IMG/VR virus record: IMGVR_UViG_3300026521_000527
Coordinates: 72,865-136,864 of that record
Origin: a virus
Length of the DNA stretch: 64,000 nt
Reading direction: 5' to 3' (one strand)
Shown here: positions 48,392-58,240 of the stretch, one piece after another
Position numbering within the stretch: the stretch's first letter is position 1
How the letters are laid out: the number at the start of each line of letters is the position of its first letter
Notes under the pieces: generated by a model
Databases searched by the model: none
Seen by the model: the letters and a program-made list of their open reading frames with translations, nothing else
Told to the model about the DNA's origin: nothing
Position numbers and translations under genes: made by a program

Positions 48392-49278
48392 AATTCCTCC
48401 AAATTTATTAATTTATCTTTTTTATTATTATCTGTAATATATTTATTTACTTCTCGACAGAGTTCTAAAACACTCTCCGAGATGAACCTCGGTCGTTTTG
48501 GTAATTTCTTTCGTCCAGGATATATTTTAAAATAAAATTTTATAATCTTATTCCAATCACGAGTGCCCAGTTTTTTCTTTTTTGGCAACTCAGTGCTATG
48601 AATAATTCTAGTTTGATTTTCAAGATGGTTAGCCATTCTTCGTAAAACATCAGGCAACTCTTCATTCGAAATTCCATGACGACCAGCATTATTTTCTGAT
48701 CTGGCTATAAATGTATTGCATTGAGAACAACATACATTTCTAATAAATCCAGTACCTTTAACTTTTTTAGTATGCATGTGGTCTAATACTGGTTGTTTTA
48801 TAATGTTATTACATATTGGACACCTTGGATTTAATTCCATAAAACTATCCCTTAGTGTAGATATTGCTTTTGTCTTCGCACCCCAAATATGCTCCCAATG
48901 ATACAATTCCCCTTTAAAAGAAAATCCACTAACACCTCCAAATTTAGCCAATTTTTTATTATAGAATCTATAACTATCTTCATTAATATATGTATCAATT
49001 AAATAAATATGAAACTCTTTTAAATACTTTTTTACATAAGGTATGAGTTCTTTTGAACTCATACCTATGAAATTTACGAAATGTATCTCAGTTAATTTAT
49101 GTATTAATAATAATTCAACATTTCTTTTGCTAAAATCCATTGAGTTTAATATATCCATTGATGATAGATTAATATACGAACAATAATGACATTTAGAATA
49201 TTCATCTTGGTTTGGTGATATATAGAAATCTCCGTGAATTTCACACGTCCGTTGTTCGAAAGCCCAACTGTTATTCAT
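48385..49278 (-). CDS. Endonuclease VII-family (His-Me finger) nuclease
   Basis: CPIC...VLDHMH...GFIRNVCCSQCN plus an N-terminal CEIHG..C..C ribbon. Confidence 0.75.
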   Translation of the reverse strand: MNNSWAFEQRTCEIHGDFYISPNQDEYSKCHYCSYINLSSMDILNSMDFSKRNVELLLIHKLTEIHFVNFIGMSSKELIPYVKKYLKEFHIYLIDTYINEDSYRFYNKKLAKFGGVSGFSFKGELYHWEHIWGAKTKAISTLRDSFMELNPRCPICNNIIKQPVLDHMHTKKVKGTGFIRNVCCSQCNTFIARSENNAGRHGISNEELPDVLRRMANHLENQTRIIHSTELPKKKKLGTRDWNKIIKFYFKIYPGRKKLPKRPRFISESVLELCREVNKYITDNNKKDKLINLEELC

Positions 49279-49768
49279 GATTATTTTCCTTAAAATATGG
49301 TTTCATATCAAGGTCAACAATTACTTCCTTTGAGTTCCAAATGAACCAAACAACTTTTTTATTTTTTTTATCAACAAGAGCTAAATTCTTATTGTGTTTA
49401 AAAAATGGAGTGTATCTATCTAAAATATTTTTAATATCTTTATCAGAAATAATTCTCTCTTTCTTTAATGCGTCAAGATATGTTTTAAAATGATCAAGAT
49501 AATTTTTAAGATTCAATATAGTATTCTTTTCTGACTCAAGGAAAGTTGGATTATATTTTTTTAAAAATTCTTTGACATTTGAATTGCTTTGTAATAAATC
49601 ATATTCGAGTTCTAAATGACTCTTTACTTTATGAGGAGCCGATTTTTTCTTCGGCTCCTCCTTAAAAAATACTTTTATATTCTTCTGCATATTCGAAGTA
49701 TATTTCTTTAAAAGATCTAATATTTTACCTTCCGTTAGTATTTCAATTCTATGATAATCTAGGCTCAA
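49271..49768 (-). CDS. Hypothetical basic protein
   Basis: 165-aa ORF overlapping both neighbours. Confidence 0.65.
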   Translation of the reverse strand: MSLDYHRIEILTEGKILDLLKKYTSNMQKNIKVFFKEEPKKKSAPHKVKSHLELEYDLLQSNSNVKEFLKKYNPTFLESEKNTILNLKNYLDHFKTYLDALKKERIISDKDIKNILDRYTPFFKHNKNLALVDKKNKKVVWFIWNSKEVIVDLDMKPYFKENNHE

Positions 49769-52700
49769 TTATTGCTCCTATAAAATAAGCTTCAATCAAT
49801 TGTTTAGTTTTTGATTGTTGCGAATCAACTTTAATATCACTTGTTACCGGCATCTGTCCTGTCTTAAGAATTGAATTCATTAGTTTTCTAGAACTTTCTT
49901 GATTATCTGATCTCATACCATGAAGCTCTTTAATCAAATGTCCTGGTTTTCTTGTACTCAAAGAGAATAAATCATATATTCCTATCTTAATTGCACCATT
50001 ACCAACTTTGGTACCACTTCTTCCTTGACCTGTAGTAAATTGTCTTTTTACCTTTAAGCTACCTCTAGTTGAACTCATAATTTTTGGAAAGTGCTCCAAA
50101 TAATAAATTTGAAGGATTCCTACCGGGACTGGTCTGTCAGTATAAATATCTTCTTCAGGAATATAAACTTTCTCATCAAGTGGGATTCCTAATATTTTGG
50201 CAGCCTCTTCGATATTTTTAATTGTCATTTTATTCTTATGAGGAGGAACCAGTAATGGAAATGCAGGTCTATTTAAAGGATCCGATTGATTAACATATTT
50301 TATAATTTCTGGTGTACTTTTACTGTCGAAGAAACCCATAACTTCATTAATTAAAAATTGGTCCGGACTTGCATCCATTGCACCAAATACACTTAAAATT
50401 AAACTTCTAGCTTTATCAATTTGCTTGGTTCCGATTAACTCTTTTACTTTTTTATTTAGATAATATACAACCTTACCACTATATAAATTTAAAATAATAC
50501 TTGGGTTTTTTCTCGAAATAATTGAAACTGGAGTTGGAATGAACTCAATATCCAATTTAGTGTCTAAAGATTTTGGATCCTTTCCCTTTGGAATCATATA
50601 TTGGATTGTACCTTTTCCTCCGGTTCCACCTAGAGTAAATTTACTACCTGATCTAATTTCATTTCGTCCTTCTATATAAACCTCAATTACAGCACCCTCA
50701 AATTCATGTCCATTAACCTTATGTCCACCGACAACCAACATCTGAGAATTCTCAACATTAGATGTACAATCTGCATATCGTTTATGATTATGTTTATATA
50801 ATTCACATTCTTTTAACTTCTCACGAATGTTTTTTGTAATTGAGTTCCATTTCTCGAGCACTTTCTTATCGATATTTTTATCATTTACTCTAATAATAAT
50901 ATCTTTAATTACACCACCCATTGAACGATAAATAACATTATTTCCAGAGAACTCGACTCCAGTTAATACAGTTTCACCTGAATCTGAATCATCGTTATAA
51001 TCTTCAAGATTGAAATTACTATCTTTATAATACGAACATAATATATCTCCTGGCTTCGTGTTTCGCCCAACGGTTAAAAAATCTTCTTTTATTTTGGCAC
51101 CAGTTGGAATAAGAATTGTAATTTTTTCGTGAATTTTATTAGTAAATTTATCTGTTAACTTACTAGAAACAACCCAACCATCTTCATAATTCATTCCACG
51201 ATATGACATTAAAGCAACAACTAGGTTCTTCCCTGGAGACATCTTTCCTGTTTTTAAACTATTGGTTGCAGCCAATACATCACCTTTAAAAACTTTCTGC
51301 CCTTCTTTAACCATAACATTATACTTAAGAGGCATGTAAATTCCACGCTTGGTCCTTGACCTCTTCTCTTTAATATTGTATCTGATTAATTCTCCGTCTT
51401 TCCCAATAATATTAATGTACTCTTTATCAATTGATTTTACTCGACCGTCCATTTTCGCTTTGATTGCGAATCGATCAGATACTAAATGAGGAACTATTGA
51501 TTCAAATCCAGTTTGCACAAGAGGTTCATCTGGATTATCTAATTGGACAAATTGGCTAAATTGTTGGTTACCCATAACTCTACGAGTTGTATCATCGTAC
51601 TCATAAAAAGGCAATAGACTCTCAGTCGCAGATAAATTTTCGAATGGATTTCTATCATTAGTAAAAGATTTAATTTGAATTGACCCAAATCTATCTTTAA
51701 TTGTTGCTTTATTAGTCAGTGTTTGGTTTAATCCAATTCCACCATATTCATTGGTGGTTGTCGCAGCCACCGTTCCGAAATATGATCTATTTAAATCTCT
51801 CTTTGGTAAAGTGACCTGTTCCTTTTTCATATTACCAATACCAGTTTTTGTAATCTTAGATGAAAGTAATAGTTCTTCAAGTGGATTTGTCGATTGTGTA
51901 AATTGAAACATACCACTACTCATCATCTCCTGAGTAATAAAATATGGATGAAGTTCTAACATGGCGTCGTAACCACTTCCACTATTCTTAACTCTTTTTA
52001 ATTTAGCTAAAGCTTTCTGAAGCATTTTATAACCAGCGTGAGAAATAGCCTCGGACATACGAATTCTTTGGGTACTTAAATCTTCGATTATTTCAACATC
52101 GGAGTTCAATAATAATTTTGGAACGTATTTTCCAAAAAGATCATAAATATCTGTTGGTATATTATACGTTTTTAAAATTTTTGAAGTGGTGTTATCAATA
52201 AAACTCTCAGTTGCTTCTCTTGTCTTTTTAACATATCGCCCATCACTACCTTTTAATTCAAAAAATGGATTATAAAGATCAGGATCATTTAGTTTTTTCT
52301 TAGTGGTTGGAAAAACCATAGATGCCCCAATACGAAGACCATTGATAAAATATTCCTCAGTTAAAGACGTTGAAAAAATTGCAAGATATTTTATTTTGGT
52401 ATCATCTATTTTTAAATTTAAAGCAGCGTCTTTATTTCTAACTTTGGCATATTGATATTTAATTCCAAGAAAATCTAGAGTATTAAGTAACCCTTTATTC
52501 ATTATAAAAAAATGAATCAGTGCTATTTCTTTAGCTTGCATTCTTAGGCCAAAATAAGGTTTAGAAGATTTTGATTTCAAATCAATTCTTGAATTTATAT
52601 GCTCCTTCGCGAAATTATTCCAAAGGTTCATTATGAACTCAGTTATATGCTCTTTTGGAAAATGATTCTCATCTCCCTCTTTGGTTTTATAATGAACATC

Positions 52701-54548
52701 TTCTGATGTTGGTGAAATATAAGCATATTCAATTAATTCCCTATTTTTATATAATTTATAAAACTTGAATTTTTTAGGACCATCTTCAAAAGGATTCTTT
52801 TCAACAGCATCCTTATAATTTAATTCATATATAAGTCCATCAGAGACCATCTCAACATCAAAAAATATATCATTAGGTACTGATTTTGGAATATTATATT
52901 TTTCTTTAAAGAAGTCAATTTCATCTTTCGTATAATTATTAGATGATTTAATTTTTTTCAAACCCTCGAGTTTCTTTTTGAAATTTATAAGAATATCACC
53001 TTGATTTTTTTGCTCTGTAATCCCATGACTTTTCAATGTTATAGCTGATGTTGAATAGTGAGTATACACACGAACTATATTCGGTTTAACCTTAATAACT
53101 GGTTTTGGGAAAAATTGATTTGTCATAATATAATTTCCAGAATTCAGTTTTAAATATTTACCTTGAGCTGGATAAGGAATATGGAACTTTACAGTATAAG
53201 GTTTAGTGTTGCCGAACTCTTTATGTTGAATTTTTATTTTGAATGTTTTAAAACGATCTTTATAATTATCAGTGATTTCAGAACTTATTCCAAGAATTTT
53301 TATTTTTAAATCAGGATCGGATTCTAATGATTTAATTAAATCATACATTGCTTCATCTAGGTTTTGGTCAAACTCTGAACTTTGTCTACCATACGCGTGA
53401 AAATCATTAAATCCTATTATTTTTAATGGATCAAAATATGTATTTGTGGCTGATGCCACTGATTTTGGATTAACTGTAATAACACCATTGTACTTTTTAT
53501 TTAATTCTTTTATTTCACTTGAAATTTCTTCTATTGATTTTGAGTTCTTTTGAACTGTTTTATCAATCTTTTCTTTCACTTTATTATCTTTAGAATCTGA
53601 TTGCTCTTTAGTAATAATTGAACTATGTTTATTATATACATATTTCAATTTTTCCTCAATAGTTTTACCTTTAACAACTTTTGAAGTATTTAAAATATGC
53701 TTAATTGCTTCAATGGGATGTTCATTTAACTCATCTGATTGAACTTTGCTTGACGTTTCCGCACGAAGAGACTTTTTGCGCAACGAGTTTAAATTATGTA
53801 AAATATCAATATCATTTTTTATATTTAATATTTCTTCATCTGGATTAACTTCTTCTTGTGTTATATTTTGATTATGAACCTCTTTAAAAAATCTAGTAAT
53901 AATATTCATATTTATTTTTAAATACGGTCCATCTTTATCTTCTTCGATTGTAGTGATTGGCCAATATCTTCCTGAACCTATGAACACAACACCGTCTATA
54001 TTTTTTAAGCGAATTTTATTTTGTATCATTCGGCTATAATATAAAAAAGTTTCTGCAAAAGTGTCAGTTTGAACATCATTATTATCAATTATCAAATACA
54101 CTTCTTTATCGGGTGATGTTGTTTTACTATCTTTTGCGAAAGAATCAACTAGTGTTAAAAATGACTCCATTGTTTGTCTTTTTGATCTGGTTTTAATCAA
54201 ATTTGAAAATAATTCTGAAAGTGGAGTCAAGTCAACAATAACACTTTGCTGTTCTTTCTGGGCACGCATAAATTTTTTCTGAATTCTTATCTGTGGTATG
54301 AATTTTTTTGCGTCTTTGAAGTAAACATTAGTGAATACTTTTTTCCCCAAGAAATTAAAAGCAGGGGGTATTAGAATATAATCCCAGAAATTTTTTTTCC
54401 TATATTTCTGAATAAATTGAATACCTTTATCATCGATAGAGTACTCTGGGAAATATATTAAATTCGCCCCGATATTTTTATCGTTTCTAAACATAATGTT
54501 TGATGTAGGTATTTTATTTTTTATAACAGTAGATATCTTTAACATCAT
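49749..54548 (-). CDS. Phage RNAP set B, unsplit beta subunit with an N-terminal extension
   Basis: YFGTV...TNEYGGIG, SATESLLPF.E.DD..R..MGNQQ..Q, GKNL.VA.M...GMNYEDG, GSKF...GGKGTI, P.SIISR.N and LEH. Confidence 0.92.
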   Translation of the reverse strand: MMLKISTVIKNKIPTSNIMFRNDKNIGANLIYFPEYSIDDKGIQFIQKYRKKNFWDYILIPPAFNFLGKKVFTNVYFKDAKKFIPQIRIQKKFMRAQKEQQSVIVDLTPLSELFSNLIKTRSKRQTMESFLTLVDSFAKDSKTTSPDKEVYLIIDNNDVQTDTFAETFLYYSRMIQNKIRLKNIDGVVFIGSGRYWPITTIEEDKDGPYLKINMNIITRFFKEVHNQNITQEEVNPDEEILNIKNDIDILHNLNSLRKKSLRAETSSKVQSDELNEHPIEAIKHILNTSKVVKGKTIEEKLKYVYNKHSSIITKEQSDSKDNKVKEKIDKTVQKNSKSIEEISSEIKELNKKYNGVITVNPKSVASATNTYFDPLKIIGFNDFHAYGRQSSEFDQNLDEAMYDLIKSLESDPDLKIKILGISSEITDNYKDRFKTFKIKIQHKEFGNTKPYTVKFHIPYPAQGKYLKLNSGNYIMTNQFFPKPVIKVKPNIVRVYTHYSTSAITLKSHGITEQKNQGDILINFKKKLEGLKKIKSSNNYTKDEIDFFKEKYNIPKSVPNDIFFDVEMVSDGLIYELNYKDAVEKNPFEDGPKKFKFYKLYKNRELIEYAYISPTSEDVHYKTKEGDENHFPKEHITEFIMNLWNNFAKEHINSRIDLKSKSSKPYFGLRMQAKEIALIHFFIMNKGLLNTLDFLGIKYQYAKVRNKDAALNLKIDDTKIKYLAIFSTSLTEEYFINGLRIGASMVFPTTKKKLNDPDLYNPFFELKGSDGRYVKKTREATESFIDNTTSKILKTYNIPTDIYDLFGKYVPKLLLNSDVEIIEDLSTQRIRMSEAISHAGYKMLQKALAKLKRVKNSGSGYDAMLELHPYFITQEMMSSGMFQFTQSTNPLEELLLSSKITKTGIGNMKKEQVTLPKRDLNRSYFGTVAATTTNEYGGIGLNQTLTNKATIKDRFGSIQIKSFTNDRNPFENLSATESLLPFYEYDDTTRRVMGNQQFSQFVQLDNPDEPLVQTGFESIVPHLVSDRFAIKAKMDGRVKSIDKEYINIIGKDGELIRYNIKEKRSRTKRGIYMPLKYNVMVKEGQKVFKGDVLAATNSLKTGKMSPGKNLVVALMSYRGMNYEDGWVVSSKLTDKFTNKIHEKITILIPTGAKIKEDFLTVGRNTKPGDILCSYYKDSNFNLEDYNDDSDSGETVLTGVEFSGNNVIYRSMGGVIKDIIIRVNDKNIDKKVLEKWNSITKNIREKLKECELYKHNHKRYADCTSNVENSQMLVVGGHKVNGHEFEGAVIEVYIEGRNEIRSGSKFTLGGTGGKGTIQYMIPKGKDPKSLDTKLDIEFIPTPVSIISRKNPSIILNLYSGKVVYYLNKKVKELIGTKQIDKARSLILSVFGAMDASPDQFLINEVMGFFDSKSTPEIIKYVNQSDPLNRPAFPLLVPPHKNKMTIKNIEEAAKILGIPLDEKVYIPEEDIYTDRPVPVGILQIYYLEHFPKIMSSTRGSLKVKRQFTTGQGRSGTKVGNGAIKIGIYDLFSLSTRKPGHLIKELHGMRSDNQESSRKLMNSILKTGQMPVTSDIKVDSQQSKTKQLIEAYFIGAIIEPRLS

Positions 54549-54560
54549 TATCCTTTATAT

Positions 54561-55280
54561 TTAATTAATCCAGAATATCATATCTTCTGGTGGAATTTCT
54601 TTTAAATTCTGAAGAACTTCCTGTTTGAGTTGTTTCCCCTCTTGTAATATATCATCAGCGTTTAAATCGACCTGCCCATAGGGTGTACTAAACTGTCTAA
54701 ACTTAGTACGCATTCTGCCGATGAAAATCATAATATCAGCTAAAGCCAAATCCAATAAATGTTGATACATATCCGGATTAACTTCAGATGGATCCTTATG
54801 AACACATGCTAATTCCGCGATAAAATCTTTTGAAAGGATATGCGATTCAGGTGAAAATATTACTTCAACTTTATCCGGAGCAAAGAATCTCCAAGTATTT
54901 GGTGCCAATGACGTTCTAGCCATATGTTCCATATTGGTACGCATCAAAAAATCTGTTATATCCCCAGCAGATTGTGCATAATTATAAGTCTGATATAAAT
55001 CAGACAAAGTATCTCTATTAATGAGTTTATTTATTTTCATAATACTATAATCAAAATCTTTAAATTGATATATCCATGTTGGCCTTGTTTGAATCGCATC
55101 TTCTTCTCTCATTGCATAATATCTTATTAGTGGTGAATATCTACTAAAAAGAGGCAATGAATGCATCTTAATTTTCTGCATAATTTCATCATCGGTGAAT
55201 TCAAAATTCTTAGTTGATGCACCAATATTTGATTTAATATAATCTATAATATTATCCCAATTTTGCCAAGTACAAACCAT
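54561..55280 (-). CDS. Neck/head-completion protein (T4 gp13-like)
   Basis: C-terminal LALA.I...GR...KF....TP.G...LN.D.I..EG..L...L...PP..IFW pattern. Confidence 0.65.
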   Translation of the reverse strand: MVCTWQNWDNIIDYIKSNIGASTKNFEFTDDEIMQKIKMHSLPLFSRYSPLIRYYAMREEDAIQTRPTWIYQFKDFDYSIMKINKLINRDTLSDLYQTYNYAQSAGDITDFLMRTNMEHMARTSLAPNTWRFFAPDKVEVIFSPESHILSKDFIAELACVHKDPSEVNPDMYQHLLDLALADIMIFIGRMRTKFRQFSTPYGQVDLNADDILQEGKQLKQEVLQNLKEIPPEDMIFWIN

Positions 55281-55315
55281 TTTATTCCTTTGTGTTAAAT
55301 TTCGGAGACAGGAAA

Positions 55316-55366
55316 ATGGAGTTGGATTTCGACCTAGTCTTAAAACTAAGCGAAATCCAACTCCAT
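55316..55366. repeat. Hairpin, 16-bp stem
   Basis: atggagttggatttcg / cgaaatccaactccat. Confidence 0.9.
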
Positions 55367-55369
55367 ATA

Positions 55370-55765
55370 CTATCTAAAAAAAATTCCGAATGTGCCTTGA
55401 GGCTTAGCATTCAATTTTCTATTATCAGAAATAAGCTCTTGTTCAGCTACTACTTTTTTAGCTTTTAGCTTTTCTTTTTTCTGAATATCTTCAAAAGTTT
55501 TTTTCTCTTTTGATTCAATATCTTTTATTTCAGAATCAATTTTTTTGATTTCTTCAATAGCCTCTATTTTTGCTCCAGTTTCTAAATCTGCTTCGACCTC
55601 TGTTTTAGTTATTTCTTCAATCCCAGATTCGATTTCTTTATCAGAAACTATTGCAACTGAATCAGTTACATCAACTAAATCAGTTATATCAATTGAATCT
55701 TTATTTTCAATTTCTGGTTTAACTTCCGCTTCATTTTTTGCCCGTGTTGATCTTCTTTTTGCCAT
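55370..55765 (-). CDS. Hypothetical highly charged protein
   Basis: 131 aa, E/K/D-rich, after AGGAG. Confidence 0.7.
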   Translation of the reverse strand: MAKRRSTRAKNEAEVKPEIENKDSIDITDLVDVTDSVAIVSDKEIESGIEEITKTEVEADLETGAKIEAIEEIKKIDSEIKDIESKEKKTFEDIQKKEKLKAKKVVAEQELISDNRKLNAKPQGTFGIFFR

Positions 55766-55811
55766 TACGACTCCTATTAATTAATTTTAATAGAAGTTTG
55801 TTTTTTTTAAA

Positions 55812-56972
55812 TTATTCGCAGTATTGAAAAATATCTTTAGTTAAATCAATTTTTGCTTTATTTAATGATAATCCAGTATGTGCTGCTTTTAATGTAAGTG
55901 ATGTAAGCATATTCGCTTGTGAAGTACTGGCTAATAAACCGATATTATCTCCAGGACCGATATTCATTTTCTTAGCAAAATCCGGATTATAACACGTCAT
56001 ACATACACCATCTTCCGCAGTACAATATAACGGACTCCTAAGATTTATATCTGTATTAATTAAATCAGTATCTTTTTCAGTAATTTGCTTTAATCTGCCA
56101 ACTGAAACATAATTTCGCCCAATAAATGAATTAAAATTATCTTCAGTAATTCTAATCTTTAGAGTTCTTTTAGTACCACAATCATATGTTTTTGATAATG
56201 TAACTCCACTCATTAATGTATTTAATTTACGAATAAGATATCCAGGAATTGCTGTTTCAACTGATTTTTTATATTGAGATACCATCGCTTGTGAACTATA
56301 ATTAAAAAATTGGGTTTGTGTTAAACCTTCAGTATGACTTCTAGTAATTACATCATTAATATCACCTGAACTATTAATACTTAAACCGATACTAATTAGA
56401 AGTTTACGAATATCACCAGTCCCTCCTTTAGCTCCACTATCAATTAAATCAACAACTGGATATAAATCATGATGTTTTCTAAAGTATTCGAGCACTTCAT
56501 CTGCCAATTTATCAAAAGCTTTATCTGCGTTAATTAATGCTTCCTCATAATTTTTTTCTTTATTTTTATTAAATTCATCAAGAATCTTTTGCTTCTTGGG
56601 GATAAATTCTTCGGGTAAAGTTAATGATGCAGTGCTAAATGAACTTGGTTGAAAACTACTTAAAAAGAACCCAGCTCTTGTAAACATTACATATCGGTGC
56701 TGAAATTCATCAGCACCAAATACTTTATACATTTCATCAAGAACTTTTTTAATTCCCTTTTTATTTAGCACAATATCTATATTTATTTTATTATTAAATA
56801 TATATTTTTTAAGAAGTAATTTTACTAAATTTGAATTCAGTACTCGATTGCGTCTATAATCTTCTTTTATTTTAGAACTAAATTCTTCAAAATCCTTCTT
56901 TACGAAACCAGGTTCTTTAAATTTATCGGGAATTATTAAACCCTCCGATAAAATTTCAGCGTTTTGAAACAT
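55812..56972 (-). CDS. Phage RNAP set B, beta-prime C-terminal fragment (bridge helix to trigger loop)
   Basis: SGAKG, EGLT..QFF...S....Y.KS.ETA.PGYL.RKL, DCGT, RSPLYC..C..CY and SQA...SLTLK..HTG. Confidence 0.9.
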   Translation of the reverse strand: MFQNAEILSEGLIIPDKFKEPGFVKKDFEEFSSKIKEDYRRNRVLNSNLVKLLLKKYIFNNKINIDIVLNKKGIKKVLDEMYKVFGADEFQHRYVMFTRAGFFLSSFQPSSFSTASLTLPEEFIPKKQKILDEFNKNKEKNYEEALINADKAFDKLADEVLEYFRKHHDLYPVVDLIDSGAKGGTGDIRKLLISIGLSINSSGDINDVITRSHTEGLTQTQFFNYSSQAMVSQYKKSVETAIPGYLIRKLNTLMSGVTLSKTYDCGTKRTLKIRITEDNFNSFIGRNYVSVGRLKQITEKDTDLINTDINLRSPLYCTAEDGVCMTCYNPDFAKKMNIGPGDNIGLLASTSQANMLTSLTLKAAHTGLSLNKAKIDLTKDIFQYCE

Positions 56973-57105
56973 CTAAACTCCTTTTATAAATCGAATCCAT
57001 CGTTTTTATCACTAATTTATTTTTAGGTATATTTATTATATAATCATTATCTTCGTAAAGTTTATTCGAATCTTCTTTAACTGGAATAAAATTTGAATTA
57101 AAACT
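56956..57105 (-). mobile_element. Split intein N-fragment (IntN, 49 aa)
   Basis: Begins S-F immediately after GGD, where the DxDGD motif breaks off; SFNSNFIPV...VIKTMDSIY resembles intein block A. Confidence 0.7.
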
Positions 57106-58227
57106 ATCTCCACCAAGTGGTGAATAATAAATACTATTAATAATAATTTCATAAGATATTCCTGTTCGAATGATCGGTTTTAAACAGTGAAATGAATCAG
57201 CATTCCAACCTGGATCCCGTTTTAGGAGAACTCTTAAATGTGGATTTAAATTAAATACATCAATCAAGACTTGAATCCAAATATTTGATTTTTCTTTATG
57301 GTGTTCTAAATAAACATCAACATTCCTATAAATAAAATCAAATATTTCACCGAACTCTTCTGAGTACATTTCCTGAACACCTAATTTTTTAGCGTATTCT
57401 TGATTTTCATCCTGCTGTAAAAAACCAACAACATAAACATCGAAAACATTTAAAAGAATATGCCAAGGGATTGCTACACAATCAACTGGAATATCAGGTC
57501 TAGCATTCGCAACCATTCTTGCAACATTATCCAGACGCTTTCCAGCTAATGCGTTTCTAAAGAAACCTCTTTTCGATTCAAGATTTTTTATAAAATATTG
57601 ATATAATTGATTTACTTGTTTTTGAATATTCTCTTTCTTGGTGCTTCCAGAGGCCTCTAAAAAAGAACTACTAAAACTATTCCCTGATTCTGTTCCAGTT
57701 AATATTTTTTTATAAATTTCATCTATCTCATTATCTTTAATGATTTTACCTGTAGTGTCCGCCTCACGATACACTACAGGTATTACTGGAACTTTATCAA
57801 TAATTAATAAATTCTTTTGACTTCTTTTTATAAAGTCAATAAATAATTTATTCTTTTCTGTCTTGTATTTATTAAAATTTATACTATCCCAGTTTTCAAT
57901 CAACCAAGATAATCCAGTATTGCCATTTTCGTTAGGAATTAATACTCCATCTTCTATAGCGAATTTTGCTTTTTTATTAAGTACCTTATTAAAAACTGTA
58001 TTTACTTTACTTAGATTTTTATAAATTAATGGATGTAATATAACATTTTTTAAATCAATGTATCCATAATTTTGAAACTTATCTTTAGTTGAAATTCCAA
58101 ATATAGTTTTTGATTGGAGTCCATCGGGTGTTGGTTCGAAATCCCTATCAAAAGATATTGGATTAGATACTCGTTCGGCATGTTTCTCTTTAATGAATTT
58201 ATCAACATCTAGTATTTTAAACGCCAC
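56956..58227 (-). CDS. Phage RNAP set B, beta-prime N-terminal fragment fused to a split-intein N part
   Basis: DGL.S..IFG, YGYIDL, VPVIP..YR, G.FR.AL.GKR.D..AR, LLKRDP and III....YSPLGGD, followed by a 49-aa tail that begins with Ser. Confidence 0.88.
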   Translation of the reverse strand: MAFKILDVDKFIKEKHAERVSNPISFDRDFEPTPDGLQSKTIFGISTKDKFQNYGYIDLKNVILHPLIYKNLSKVNTVFNKVLNKKAKFAIEDGVLIPNENGNTGLSWLIENWDSINFNKYKTEKNKLFIDFIKRSQKNLLIIDKVPVIPVVYREADTTGKIIKDNEIDEIYKKILTGTESGNSFSSSFLEASGSTKKENIQKQVNQLYQYFIKNLESKRGFFRNALAGKRLDNVARMVANARPDIPVDCVAIPWHILLNVFDVYVVGFLQQDENQEYAKKLGVQEMYSEEFGEIFDFIYRNVDVYLEHHKEKSNIWIQVLIDVFNLNPHLRVLLKRDPGWNADSFHCLKPIIRTGISYEIIINSIYYSPLGGDSFNSNFIPVKEDSNKLYEDNDYIINIPKNKLVIKTMDSIYKRSLDVSKR

Positions 58228-58240
58228 TATTAACTCCTAT

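Noticed and set aside
57091-57120. GGDSFNSN as a dead RNAP active site (pseudogene)
   Set aside because: The missing SDGD and following helix are present behind an intein C-terminus at 62439-62615, so trans-splicing explains the break better.
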